A DNA stretch of 64,000 nucleotides, from NCBI RefSeq assembly GCF_009914755.1, contig NC_060928.1; one strand, 5' to 3'. The position numbers and the translations under genes are program-made. Source of the stretch: the human T2T-CHM13v2.0 reference genome, Homo sapiens. The notes below the pieces were generated by a model. The model was not told the DNA's origin. It saw nothing but the letters and a program-made list of their open reading frames with translations, and did no database searches. Positions 13,305 to 26,881 of the stretch are shown piece by piece (the first letter of the stretch is position 1; every line of letters begins with the position of its first letter).

Positions 13305-13957
13305 GCCCTCCCCATCATAAGGGTCATGGCTCCTGTAACAAATACAGGTTAACAAGAGAGAAACATAACAATTTTATTTAGTCAAAGTTTCACATGACAT
13401 GGAGCCTTCAGACATGAAGATTGAGGGACCCAAGGAAAACTGTATTTTTATGCTTAAGTTCAACACAGAATGGACTGCCATGTAGAAATGTGATTGGACA
13501 AAGAAATATGATCTAATGGTAATAGACTTAAGCAGGAAAACCCAGCAGGACCTGTCTTGTCGGAATTCTTTTTGACCTCTCTGTATGGCATTCCTTCCTC
13601 CCAGGTAGAGGGTAAGACCCCTCCGAAATGGGAGGGTCTTATGATCTATTTTCAGGCAAGGTAGGTCAGAGAAATTATTTGTGACCAGCACTTACAAAGG
13701 TGGGAGAAAGTTAGAATAGTATTTCTATAATAGGTTTTACAGTTAGCTTTGGGGAAAAAAGAGGCTCATGTTTTTTTGATTTACCTTGGGGAACAGGAAT
13801 CTTAGTTTCTATGCCTTTGGGGAGAAAGAGGAGTAGGAGAAGGAAGGGCAGAATAAGGTCAGAAAAGCAAGGTCTTGCTTTTGAGCCCCCGTCCTTCAGT
13901 TCAAAGTACTCAGCATACCAAAGTGTCATACTTTGGGGTATCCTTTTCTGAGCTTCA
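13305..13957 (-). mobile_element. MER39-like ERV1 LTR
   Basis: Homologous to the split LTR at 5366-8196. Confidence 0.7.
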
Positions 13958-14152
13958 TTGTCTCATTAGACTTCATCCGAACACATGCTTCATTGTCCCA
14001 TTAAACTTCACTTACAGCACAAAAGTCCAAAGATAAAATTATTTAAAATTCAAAATGGTAATCACAGAACATTAAATGAAGCCTGGGGCCCTTGTGAGAG
14101 GGGGGACGCTGTGCGTGTGGGGTCGCATGCCCATGCAGCCAGCCCTTAATAG

Positions 14153-14513
<361 letters not shown>

Positions 14514-16427
14514 AAGATCCCTTCATTTAAAGGATTTGTAGTTGATCTCTCCCTTTTGGCAGATATGTGGTTGGGAAAATTAGTTTTTTATGCTAGAGAC
14601 AGGAGAATAGTGGGTACCAAACACTATGATTGCTTCTGGCTTTGACAGAAAATTCATGGTAATTAAAAATGTCCTTCCTAAGAGAGTTAAAGGTAGCAGG
14701 GATGATAGTCACAGTTTCTGTTTTTTGTTAGAATCGGGCAACACTTTATTCTATAAAATAGAATGAATGTTTTCAGTATTCACAATTCTTAACAGTTGGC
14801 TCCACGCTGACCTCAGAGCCCCCTGCTGTGCCAAGTGGTAGGCTTTGATTACTGGATGGGGAATGGGGCTTGGGCATCTAACAGCTAACCTCAAGGATTC
14901 CATCACTTACCGAGGCAATTGAAACCCTAAAGAGCAAGGTGTAATGTCCCAGGAAGCCTTTTGATTTGACTTATTAAATTGGACCAACTTTATAAAGTTG
15001 CTGATGGGATGTTCTTTGACCTACAAAACATTAATTTCATATAGTCCAATGTAATACATAGGTTCAGTATAAGTTCAAAACTGACATAAATAACAATTAG
15101 ACTAAGGAGTCCTGATACCAGTGATAGATTATTGAGATGTACTTAAATAGCCATTTTTGCTTTAATTATTTATGATCTTGAAGTACTTACAATGTATATA
15201 AATGATTATCGATAAGTGTTAACAAAATTCTATTTGATTTCTTTATTAGGAAAAAAATTGTATGTAGCTGCAGCCTTTCCTTGACTCTCAGGGCTGTCGG
15301 TTGATCAGACTGCTTCCAGCTCCTTTCCTCAGTGCTCTGCGTGGCATGATGCATTGACTAGCATGAGCACCAGCAGACCGATTAGGCATGGGGTCAGAAT
15401 CCCTGGTCATTGCCAGTATCCAAGTCATGAGCCTAGACTAGAAGATAGGAATCCTGGGTTCTAACTCCAGCATTGTTACTAAGAACCTTTCTGTTCCTGA
15501 GGAAAGTTGAGGTAGAACTCTGCCTCAGTTTCCACATTTGCAGTACAGCCTGTGTACCTTCTCTGGTGACATGGAGATAAAGTACTGATGAAGTACTGGG
15601 ACACACACTTAAATTTTTGAAAACATTCTTAAACATCATTTTTTGTAGAATAATTTCTAAATTATAAGTAAGATACTACGTGACCTGATTTATTCCACGT
15701 TGCATGGTTGATGCAAGACTACAGAATGAAACTCAGTTGATTTAGAATTCAGTGGAGGGTTATGGTGAAGCAAGTAAGTTCTCCACTCTATTATAGCTAT
15801 GGAAGTTTTTCAGAAATTTCAGCAGGTGGCACTCTCTCCTACATTAAAACTGATGAGAGCATTGGCTATTGTTTATAGGGTGGAGATGTTGATGAGAAAC
15901 TGTATTGGGTTCAGTGTTTATTATAATTTGATTATTAAAGGTCAAGCTGGCCTAAAGATGAGTGGACTGATACAGTCATTTTACTTTTGAAAAAGAAGGG
16001 AAATGTAAGATGACAGACAAAGTGGAAAGGATTGCAAGCAAGCCTTATTGTAATATAAACTCAGAAGAATTTCCTATACAGAACAGAAATCAACTACTGT
16101 AGTGCAAGAAAACAAGGCTTTAGTGCCAGTACCTTGGTAAAGAAGAGAGAACATTGTATGAAATTGTGTGAAGTTCTAAGGAAACCTCAAGAATTTTCTC
16201 TGATGATTAGAATCCGGGAATTTCCCAGGGAAAGCAATTGATGGTTTATTGTAATGTGTAGCATTTATAACAGCACCATGTGCCATCAGTAACATCTGGA
16301 GTGAAAACCTTTTACTGATTTACCAACCATACCTACATCTCCAGGATCTTGCTTGAAGTTAAGGGAAATAGTAACACATAATGAGGTTAGAATAAGATGT
16401 CTATCTCCTTTCCTTTAAAAATAAAAT

Positions 16428-16730
<303 letters not shown>

Positions 16731-17824
16731 TTAATTTAATAGCTTTCCTGACCATAACACTTTTGGCATATGTATGTTTAATAATAAAATCTAGGTTTAT
16801 TTGAAATCATACAAGCTATGAGTAGAGCCCTAAGTAAATAAGTTGAAGACCAGGGGACAGAAGGCTAATTCTCATATTCTGCCCAGCATGAGTAATTGTT
16901 ATGTTGTAATTTATAGTAAAGAAAATGGAGGAAGCAGTTCCTTTCTATATTTGGCAGAGATAGGAGACTAGATGATGGAGTTAGAAAGAGAAAATGTATC
17001 GCCAGTCTAGGGCTCTCATTTGCAATGTTAGGTCCTTTGTGTTGGTGTTTTTGTAGGAAAAAACTATTTTATTTGTACTCTTGCTGTTAGTAGCTATTTG
17101 GTAGCTACACTGGCTTTTCACAGTAGTTAAGTAAGAGACATGGTTAGGCCATTTTTGTGAGGCTTACCCCACAAGACAAATTAAATATATATTTAGAAGT
17201 TTTGGGCTTCGTGGCTGTCATCATAGAAGCCGAGTCTCTCAAAAGAATCAGGTTTTTTGAAAATTTTACTGTAGCAGAAGAGAGGTAAGTGTTTCTGCTT
17301 GGAGGATTTTCAGAGAGCTTAATCATATGGCTTAATCTGAGCATTTAGAAGAGTTACTTGATCTAGTAGTTTTAATAGCCCTGGGAAAGTAATCCTGGAA
17401 GTACCAGTACATGTTCAAATGTTTACTCTTGTTCAATAGAATACCACGTAGTATCATTCCTCTTTTGATGTCTTATCTATTGGTATCTGACTATGTTTTG
17501 GATAAACAGATATTTCACATTCCTTCCTAAATATCATCAATTTGACATAAAACGATTCAAAGGAAAAGGACAAGAGTAACAACGGGAAATTTAAATTACT
17601 TGTAGCTTTCATTTGAGCTTCTTTCCATGTTAGGATAATACCGTGTGGCAGGCAAGCTGATGTTCTCATCTTCATGCCAGGGAATTATAGAAAAGAATGA
17701 ACTAAAGGCAGAGATACTCTTAGTTATGACTGAATGTTCTGGGTGTCATCCCCAGTCATTACAGTTGACCTTCAGTGTGACTCACTGATGCATGGCAACT
17801 TTTCAAACTTATATTTCCCTCCAG

Positions 17825-18026
17825 GTCAACTGATGAGACATTCAGCTTGGCTGAAGAAACCTGTAGCTCTAATCCAGCTATGGTTAGGAGGAAGAAAATT
17901 GCCATAAGCATCATCTTTTCCCTATGTGAGAAAGAAGAAGCACAAAGGAATTTCCAGGACTTCTTCTTTTCTCATTTTCCCCTGTTTGAATCTCACATGA
18001 ACAGGCTGAAGAGTGCAATTGAAAAG
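17825..18026 (+). CDS. FNIP2: FNIP2 coding exon (probably exon 9), phase 2 to 0
   Basis: ccag|G...GAAAAG|gtaata. Encodes [33 protein letters not shown]...RLKSAIEK. Confidence 0.95.
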
Positions 18027-18345
18027 GTAATAAGGATGTAATCCAAAGTCAAATAGAGAAGTGATTGTGGGGCTTTGAAGATGGCAGAATTTCTTTGCCG
18101 ATGTATCAGATGTCTTTCCTAAGGAAGTTAAATCACCTGTAGCAGTGATAAATTTTAGGCATGTTGATGTTAGTTACCAGATACTGGGTTACCTTAGGGA
18201 AGGAAATGACTGCTTTTTCGTGACTGAAGGCATTATTACCTTGAGTGTTGTTAATTGATTACATAATTTTTTTTATTAATACAGCCCAGTAGATAAGTTA
18301 TAAAATTTCTTCTCAGTAATTTGACTTGCTTTCTCTTCAATAAAG

Positions 18346-18434
18346 GCTATGATCTCCTGTAGGAAAATAGCAGAATCAAGTCTCCGAGTCCAGTTTTATG
18401 TCAGCCGTTTGATGGAAGCTCTGGGAGAATTCAG
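18346..18434 (+). CDS. FNIP2: FNIP2 coding exon (probably exon 10), phase 0 to 2
   Basis: taaag|GCT...TTCAG|gtaaag. Encodes [29 protein letters not shown]. Confidence 0.93.
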
Positions 18435-19422
18435 GTAAAGTGGCAAAGTTTGGCAAATCCAACAGGAGATGTTTATGAGCAGCCATGGATAAAGATAAAC
18501 TGTGACTTGGAAGAATTGGGGGCCTGGCAGTTATTCCTCACTTTTGTGGTTCCGCCCTTCAAGATGGAAACAGAACAAATGAAGCAAAAAATTTAAATAA
18601 TTTACCGCTGAGTAATCCTCACTATTGCTCAACCGACAGTCCCTGATAGGATTGTTTTTAACAGGATGAATGGGGAAAACTAATGTTCAGGTATCTCTCA
18701 CCAGTCTATTCATTATCTTATGTCAGCCTCACAAAAGCCCTAAGCACTACTAACCCCATTTTACAGATGTGGAAACTTGAGTTCAGGGATGCTTATTCAA
18801 AGCACAGATGGAGAGGTTATGCATGTCGGGAAGACATACATTCCAGTTTGCCAGGACAGTCCTAGTTTACACCAAGTGTCCTCTGGAAACTGGTGTCTAG
18901 AGTCCTTGCTCCTAGTATCTGTGTGGAAAGGTAAATTGTGTTGGGTAGCAGGTGGGATCCTCTCTGATCATGCTGAGTTGGGATTGTTGCACCATTTAGA
19001 GCCACTTTCTTGATAGGGAATGGAATCCCACTCCAAAGCAGTCATGAGCGAATGAGTCAAACTGTTATTCCATAGAGGAAGGATAAAAAAAAAATTTATA
19101 ATCCTTTGAATGTTAGAACACTTTTATGATGCTTAAAGTATATGCTGATGAACTCAGTAATGCTACCTGGAGCAAAATCGCAAGCCTTTTTTTTACTGTG
19201 GATTATGTGTTAAAGTACTCAAGTAACATGTTACTTATTATCTGGTGATTGCTAAGACTTAAGTCATATATTTGAGAATGACATAAAGTTGTGCTCTTTG
19301 ATGGCAGTCTGATGATTAGTAAACCTTCCATAGTTTTTGGGAAAGCACTGGAGATTTGCCTGTTGCTCTGCTGTGGTCAGACTGGACGCTCACTGGCTTG
19401 CGCTTGAGAATCTGGGTCCCAC

Positions 19423-19790
<368 letters not shown>

Positions 19791-19799
19791 TAGTTCTGT

Positions 19800-19978
19800 A
19801 CTTTCAGTTTCTGTAGAGTCTCTGTAGTAGCAACTGAACTTAGCCGTTGTCCCACAGAAGCAGCCATAGACAATAAATAAGTAAATAAATGAGCACGGCT
19901 GTGACCCAGTAAAACTTTTTATTTACAAAAAAAGGTGGCAGTCAGATTTGGCCCGTGGGCCATAGTGTGCAACCCCTG
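19800..19978. mobile_element. MER58A-like hAT-Charlie MITE
   Basis: gcagccatagacaata...tttatttacaaaa...gatttggcccgtgggccatagtgtgcaacccctg. Confidence 0.7.
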
Positions 19979-20109
19979 TTATGTGTGGAGCTTGAATCTT
20001 TTAAGGACTACATAGATTCAAGTTGTTTTCTCCTTTATTCTTTTACACCAAGATTATCCAAAATAGTATTTCTGACACTTTTGTGTTTCCCTCTCTTTCT
20101 GTTCTATAG

Positions 20110-20256
20110 AGGAACTATCTGGAACTTATATTCTGTTCCAAGGATAGCTGAACCTGTATGGCTTACTATGATGTCCGGCACTTTGGAAAAAAACCAGCTC
20201 TGCCAGCGCTTTCTCAAGGAGTTTACACTTCTGATAGAACAGATAAATAAAAACCA
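20110..20256 (+). CDS. FNIP2: FNIP2 coding exon (probably exon 11), phase 2 to 2
   Basis: ctatag|A...AACCA|gtaagc. Encodes [21 protein letters not shown]...INKN. Confidence 0.95.
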
Positions 20257-20374
20257 GTAAGCTTCAACTCTCTGGAGACTTGTATGCAAATCTCATGGCC
20301 AATGTGTGTACTGCATAGGATGTGCCTCTTTCTGTATTGACTAAGTTGGTTGTATCTTTTTCCATTTCTCCAAG

Positions 20375-20544
20375 GTTTTTTGCTGCCTTACTGACTGCGG
20401 TGTTAACCTACCACCTGGCCTGGGTCCCAACTGTCATGCCTGTGGATCACCCTCCCATCAAAGCCTTCTCAGAGAAACGTACCTCCCAGTCAGTGAACAT
20501 GCTGGCCAAAACACATCCGTATAATCCTCTTTGGGCACAGCTGG
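20375..20544 (+). CDS. FNIP2: FNIP2 coding exon (probably exon 12), phase 2 to 1
   Basis: ccaag|G...CTGG|gttagt. Encodes [22 protein letters not shown]...[10 protein letters not shown]. Confidence 0.95.
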
Positions 20545-20810
20545 GTTAGTACCTAATTTGACTATTCAGAGAATATATGGGATGGAATAGGAAAAAAATG
20601 CTAGAATTTGTAGTTTATACCGGCTCTCTCACCCAGTAATTCATAGGTTGTCTTTGGGCAGATGAGGAATAGGAAGTTGGTCCCTGGATTCTAATTGTAG
20701 ACCCACGACCTTCCTCTCTTTTTTCCCCTACTGGCAGCTTTGTGCTACACTCTTAAAGCAGTATAAGCCAACTGTGTTCTCCCATTCCACAGTGGCTGTT
20801 CACCCTAGAG

Positions 20811-21000
20811 CAGGATTTCTTAACCTCAGCACTGTTGACCAGGTAATTCTTTGTTGGTTGAGTTGTTGTGGGGTGTGGGAAGAGCTCTCTTACGCATTAA
20901 TGGATATTGAGTGGCATCCTTGGCCTCCATTTACTAGATGCCAGTAGAACTGCCCCTCCCACCTCCCGCCCCAAGTTGTAACAATCAAAAATATCCACAG
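20811..21000. mobile_element. MER20-like MITE
   Basis: caggatttcttaacctcagcactgttgac...ctagatgccagtag...gttgtaacaatcaaaaatatcc. Confidence 0.65.
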
Positions 21001-22799
21001 AAAAGCACCTCATCCTGGAAAGCAGCATGCTATAATAACAATAATGAAAGCTGACACTGTGAGCCAAGCCCTGGTTTTACACATAGTCATTAGATTCTCA
21101 TCCCTACCCTTATTACTCTCAGCCTCATTTTGTAACAATACAGATGTTGTCTTGTCCTTGTGCTCTTGGTCGTGAGATGTATAAATGAATACAAGCTCCC
21201 TCATGGTTAGGGGGTAAAAGGCGTGTTCTAAATCAATTAAAGAATTTGTGGATATTTAAATGGAATTAAGGAAGGGGAGATATGGAGAGAGGCTAGTTAA
21301 CAAATATAAAATTACAACTGGATAGGAGGAATAAAGTCTAGTGTTCTTTAGCACTGGATTACGATAGTTAAGAATAGCTTATTTTCAGAGAAAGCTAGAA
21401 GAGAGGTTTCAAATGTTCCCAACACAAAGAAATGATAAAAGTTTGGGGTGATGGATATGCTAATTGCCCTGATTTGATCATTACTCAGAACATGCCTAAC
21501 TCATTCTTGGTCATACGGGAAGTTTTTCCTGGGGAAGACAGAACATGGTTGTTTTGTTATGGAATAATAATAGTCTTGAAAAAAACGTAGTCTCATTAAG
21601 TGGAGAAGGAAAGGGGGCTGGATATTAAGGAAACATTGTATTCCATGCTGCTGGATCACCCATTTTAAAACAATGCTAATTAAGTAGTGTGCATTTAGTT
21701 AGATAAATGTATTCATAATTAGGTGTGCTTCTTATTTGAAACATAACTGAGAGCCATTAATTCCCTATGTTCAGCATAATAACGAAGAGTTTTTTCCTGT
21801 GGGTTCACAATCCTCATCTTTCAGGGGAGATCATGTATTGTTGAAAGTCTTCAGTCCTCCCTTCCCCCAAACAATCCATCAGGGGTCTGGCTATTGACAA
21901 GAGGAGTGTGAGGAGGGGACGAGGACGAGGCCCTGGTCGGCGAAGGCCTGTGATAGCTTTGTAAAGCCAAGTGTAAGTGATGGCCGAGTTTCCATTATTA
22001 CAAAGAAGTCGGGGGCCTTCAATAATTTGACAGGTAGAAGCACTTGCTTTGCATTTTATTGTTTTCATTCAGTATTTAGCAAGTCACAGTAAACATGAAA
22101 ATAGAAACTGCTGGGAATACACAATGATGGAGATAAAATTTCAATCCAGGTTCCTAAGTATAGAGAAGACTATCTGGAATCATTCCAAAGACTCCTCTGA
22201 GAGCTTTCCAGGACAGGTGCCACTGTGCGTTCCCCCTCCATGGCTGCTCAGCACTACCAGGGAAGAGGGAGGGAAGCCGGATGCCACTTTCACGGGTTTG
22301 CTGCTCAGGAGCTCGGTGATCCTTGCTTCTGCCCAGCCACTTCCCTGTGTACAATGTGATCGCCACCCATTAGTGGGCTGCAGAAGCAATTTAGTGGGTT
22401 TAATTAAAAAGCATTTAATTGGTATAATAGAATAGAAAATATCAGTGATTTACATGTATATTTTGTAAAATGTCTGTTCCAAAAGATGCATTGAGGTTGC
22501 AGTATAAAATGTATTTCTTTCTTGGCATAGGTATACAAAGTTTAAATGCCACTGTCTACACCACTGACTGAAGTAGTTCCATATAGGTCTCTTTTTGACC
22601 TAATGATCTTAAGGGTTTGTAGAAATGAAAAGGAGCTTTTCTACCCAAAAGAGATTTGGACCACTGATTTAATATAAGTTAAAATGTGTGAAATTTTTTT
22701 CTCAGAAGTTTACATTGTATTTTTCAAAACACAGTGGAATTAGACTACAAATCAATTTTTTTTTAGTTCTCACTTTCTCAGAAATCAAACCATGTATTT

Positions 22800-23095
22800 T
22801 TGTTGTTGTTGTTGTTTTTGAGACAGAGTCTCGCTCTGTCACCCAGGCTGGAGTTCAGTGGTACAATCAAGGTTCACCACAGCCCCAACCACCCAGGCTC
22901 AAGTGATCCTTCCACCTCAGCCTCCCTGGTGGCTGGGACTACAGATGTGCGTCACCATGCCCAGCTAATTTTTGTAAAGGCAGAGTTTTGCCATGTTTTG
23001 CAGGCTGGTCGCTGGTCTTGAACTGGGCTCAAGCGATCCAACTGCCTCTGCCTCCCAAAATGCTGGGATTACAGGTGTCAGCCACCATACCCAGC
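22800..23095 (-). mobile_element. AluJ
   Basis: Diverged dimer with a (ttg)n tail. Confidence 0.88.
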
Positions 23096-23289
23096 TGACA
23101 ACCACATTTAAATAACCCACAAGCCAAACAAATTGCACAAAAGAAATTAGAAAACATTTGAAATAATGATAATAAAGATGCAATAAGTTAAACTGTGTAG
23201 GGTATAAGGAGACACTGTTGAAAGGGGAATTCTACAACATAGACGTTATTAGAATGTGATCAGGAATAAGTGTGCCTTTAAGATACTAA

Positions 23290-23920
23290 ACTCTCTTCTC
23301 GTCTCCTTATTTTTGTTCTCTCTCAGCTTCTCCTGGTTTATTTTTGTTTCTGTCTATATAGTCCCCTACCTCTCTAACCCCCTTTCTTTCACCATGCTTC
23401 CTTTACAGGGCTTCTAAATTCTCTCAGCTTCTCCACCTCATTCTTTCCTCTCCTCTTTCTAGTTTCCAACTTTTCACTATTGTTCCCCTCAACAGTTCTT
23501 TCCTTTCTTCTCCCTCTTCCTCCCTCTTTGTTTTCTTTTTCTCTACATGTTTTACCCTCCTGGCTGTTATCTCCTCTCCTTCTCCATCCTCTTTTGGCTT
23601 CACCCCAGTTCTCTATCATTTTGCACCTCTCTAACATCCCATCTTTTTTCTTTCTGCTTTCCCTTCTCTCTATTCTTCCCTCTTTCTTCCTAAGTTTCTT
23701 CTGTCTGTTCCTCTGCTCTCTCCGTCTCTCCCTCCCTGAGTCTCCACTCTGTGTCCCCATTTGCCACCATTCCTTTCTGTGTCCTCCTTTCCTGTGACCT
23801 CTTCTCCTACTTTGTCCAGCACCTTTCCTGCTTCCATGCACTCTGTCTTTGGCCTATTTCACTTGGAAGCACGCTTGACTCCTTCACTTTTTCTTCTGCT
23901 TTTTCCCCATTTGCCTCTCT
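23290..23920 (+). repeat. CT-rich low-complexity polypyrimidine tract
   Basis: About 630 bp that is mostly C/T on the + strand. Confidence 0.85.
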
Positions 23921-24918
23921 TTTAAATTTTTATTTTTAATTGAGGTAAAAAGCATATAACAACATTTATTATCTTAACCATTTCTAAGTGTACAGTTCAG
24001 TCATGTTAAGTACATTCACATTGTTGTGCAATTTCTACATTTTAAAAAATTATATTCATGAAAACAAATCTATTCTAAAAATTAGCTTCAATTATCCAAG
24101 ACTCAAAAAAAAATTGAACTTCCAGTAAATATTTAATATTATGGGTCTACTGTTTTAAAAATGCTTTATTTTATGAAGTTTGGCTATAATGTAATAGCAC
24201 TGGTTCCACTCACATTGCACTCATTATTTTATATAGTTTAAATGATTATAAATTGTATTTTTAATAACCTTCCTTGTTTTACCATTTCCATTTGTTCCTT
24301 AGTTATTAAAATATACAATACTCAAATGCATTGCTAAAAAATAATATTCTAAGTGGTCTTTCCCCTGTAGTTTGTTATACCAGATTTTGGATAAGTAATG
24401 CTTCTTCTTTATTAATATTGAAACTGATTTAACAAAAAATATTTCATGAATTCCTGAAATGACTGTTGATATCCTGCGGCAATAGGCAGATGTAATCAAA
24501 GTGTTAACAGTAATGAGCTCTTAGAAAGGTTTTCTCAAACAAAAGTCCTAGCTTCAGCCTACAATTCTGAGTTACTCTCTTGAATTCTAGGCTGATTTCT
24601 CAGTCACTTGCAAACGCCTCTCAGTTAAAGCTCTATCAGCCTATAATCTAGTCATTTTATAGAGAGGATTGTTTATTATTATTTATGTCTTGCCATTTGA
24701 ATGTTCTTAGGAACCGTACACAAGGGAATACTCGCAGAAGGAGGTATTTCTTAATGGGTCCCAGGGGGAGGTACTTTCCGATGGTTCTCATAACTTTTTT
24801 CCCATACTCATCTATTTTAATTAGTTTTATCTAGTATATGCCCTTATAACTGCTTTCCCTCCTCTCTAGATGCATTCCTCAGAGGGTTTCTAACTTCCTA
24901 CATTCTGATTTGTACTGA

Positions 24919-25322
<404 letters not shown>

Positions 25323-25363
25323 TAACTCCAGTTTGATTATACAAAGATACAATGAGACACATC

Positions 25364-25656
25364 TTTTTTTATGAGATGGAGTTTTGCTCTTGTAGCCCAG
25401 GCTGGAGTGCGGTGGCGACACCTTGGCTCTCTGCAATGTCTGCCTCCCGGGTTCAAGTTATTCTCCTGCCTCAGCCTTCCTAGTAGCTGGGATTACAGGT
25501 GTCTGCCACCACACCTGGCTAATTTTTTGTATTTTTGGCAGAGACAGGGTTTCAGCATGTTGGCCAGGCTGGTCTCAAACTCCTGACCTCAGGTCATCCA
25601 CCTGCCTCAGCCTCCCAAAGGGCTGGGATTACAGGCATGAGCCACCGCACCCAGCT
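25364..25656 (-). mobile_element. AluS
   Basis: Full dimer with TSD tgaga(c/t)acatcttt. Confidence 0.9.
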
Positions 25657-25940
25657 GAGATACATCTTTAGGGTCTTAACACAGTGCCTGTCCAGTTAGT
25701 AAACATAGGTTCTTTATTATAATTGTCCATCTTCTTATCAAATGTGTAACTTATTATAAAATGTAATAATCAAATTATCAAATGCAGTAGTTTTAATAGT
25801 TAGGCACTGAAGTACTTTTGATGAAAAGCTTATTGCTGGGTGGTTGGATGACACATTTGCCCTTATTGTCTCCTCCTTAAGCTGACTGTAGAGCTCACAG
25901 TACATTAGTCAGTTTTTAATCAACTTGTCAGGATATATAA

Positions 25941-26271
<331 letters not shown>

Positions 26272-26881
26272 CAGTTGAATTTTCAAGCGAAATGAAATAA
26301 AACCTTCAGACTCATTCATGACTAAGTGATTTTCTTCTTGTTAATCAAGCTGATTCTACTTGGTGTGTGTATGCGTATTAAGATAATTCTGTGTAGACCA
26401 CCTCATTAAGTATTTTGAATTAATTCACTGCACTTCTGTTGAGAAATTCCTAAATTTGGATTTTATCCCAAGGCCCAATGTCCTGGGATTCTTCCAACAA
26501 ATTCTTATTATTCTAGTTTCCAAGATATAGTATTAGATCTGGTCACATATTCAGAGCTCTGGCTTTAGCCTTCTTTGGGCCATCTCATTGGCTGACCCAC
26601 TGAGCTGCAGGGAAGACCCAGCAGGCAATGGGAGGGGCTGTGGGCACAGCAGCACGACTCCCACACACCAGGGGTGGTGGGCCACAGCCTGTGTCCAGAC
26701 TGACTCACTTACAGTGGCAAAACTAAAACGTGGTCCTTACTAGAGAGTAGAAATCATGAGTCTGAAGCAGGGACTCCAGATTGGGAATATAAGTTATCTG
26801 TTTTGCTCTTGTAAAGACGGATATATCTGTGACATGCTAACCCCAGAGACCACTGCCTTTGTGTCCACCTTTGCTCTCTAG

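Larger units (their letters stand above)
11689..14147 (-). mobile_element. MER45-like hAT-Tip100 DNA transposon fossil with nested L1 and LTR
   Basis: Inverted termini caaggctggcta and cagccagccctt. 8-bp TSD aatatggt/aatagagt (6/8). Minus strand 12103-12074 translates TASAERSFSK, the hAT dimerisation motif. Confidence 0.75.

Noticed and set aside
23389-23841. 150-aa Arg/Glu/Lys-rich ORF and its antisense Leu/Ser/Phe-rich ORF
   Set aside because: Both are artefacts of the polypurine/polypyrimidine tract.
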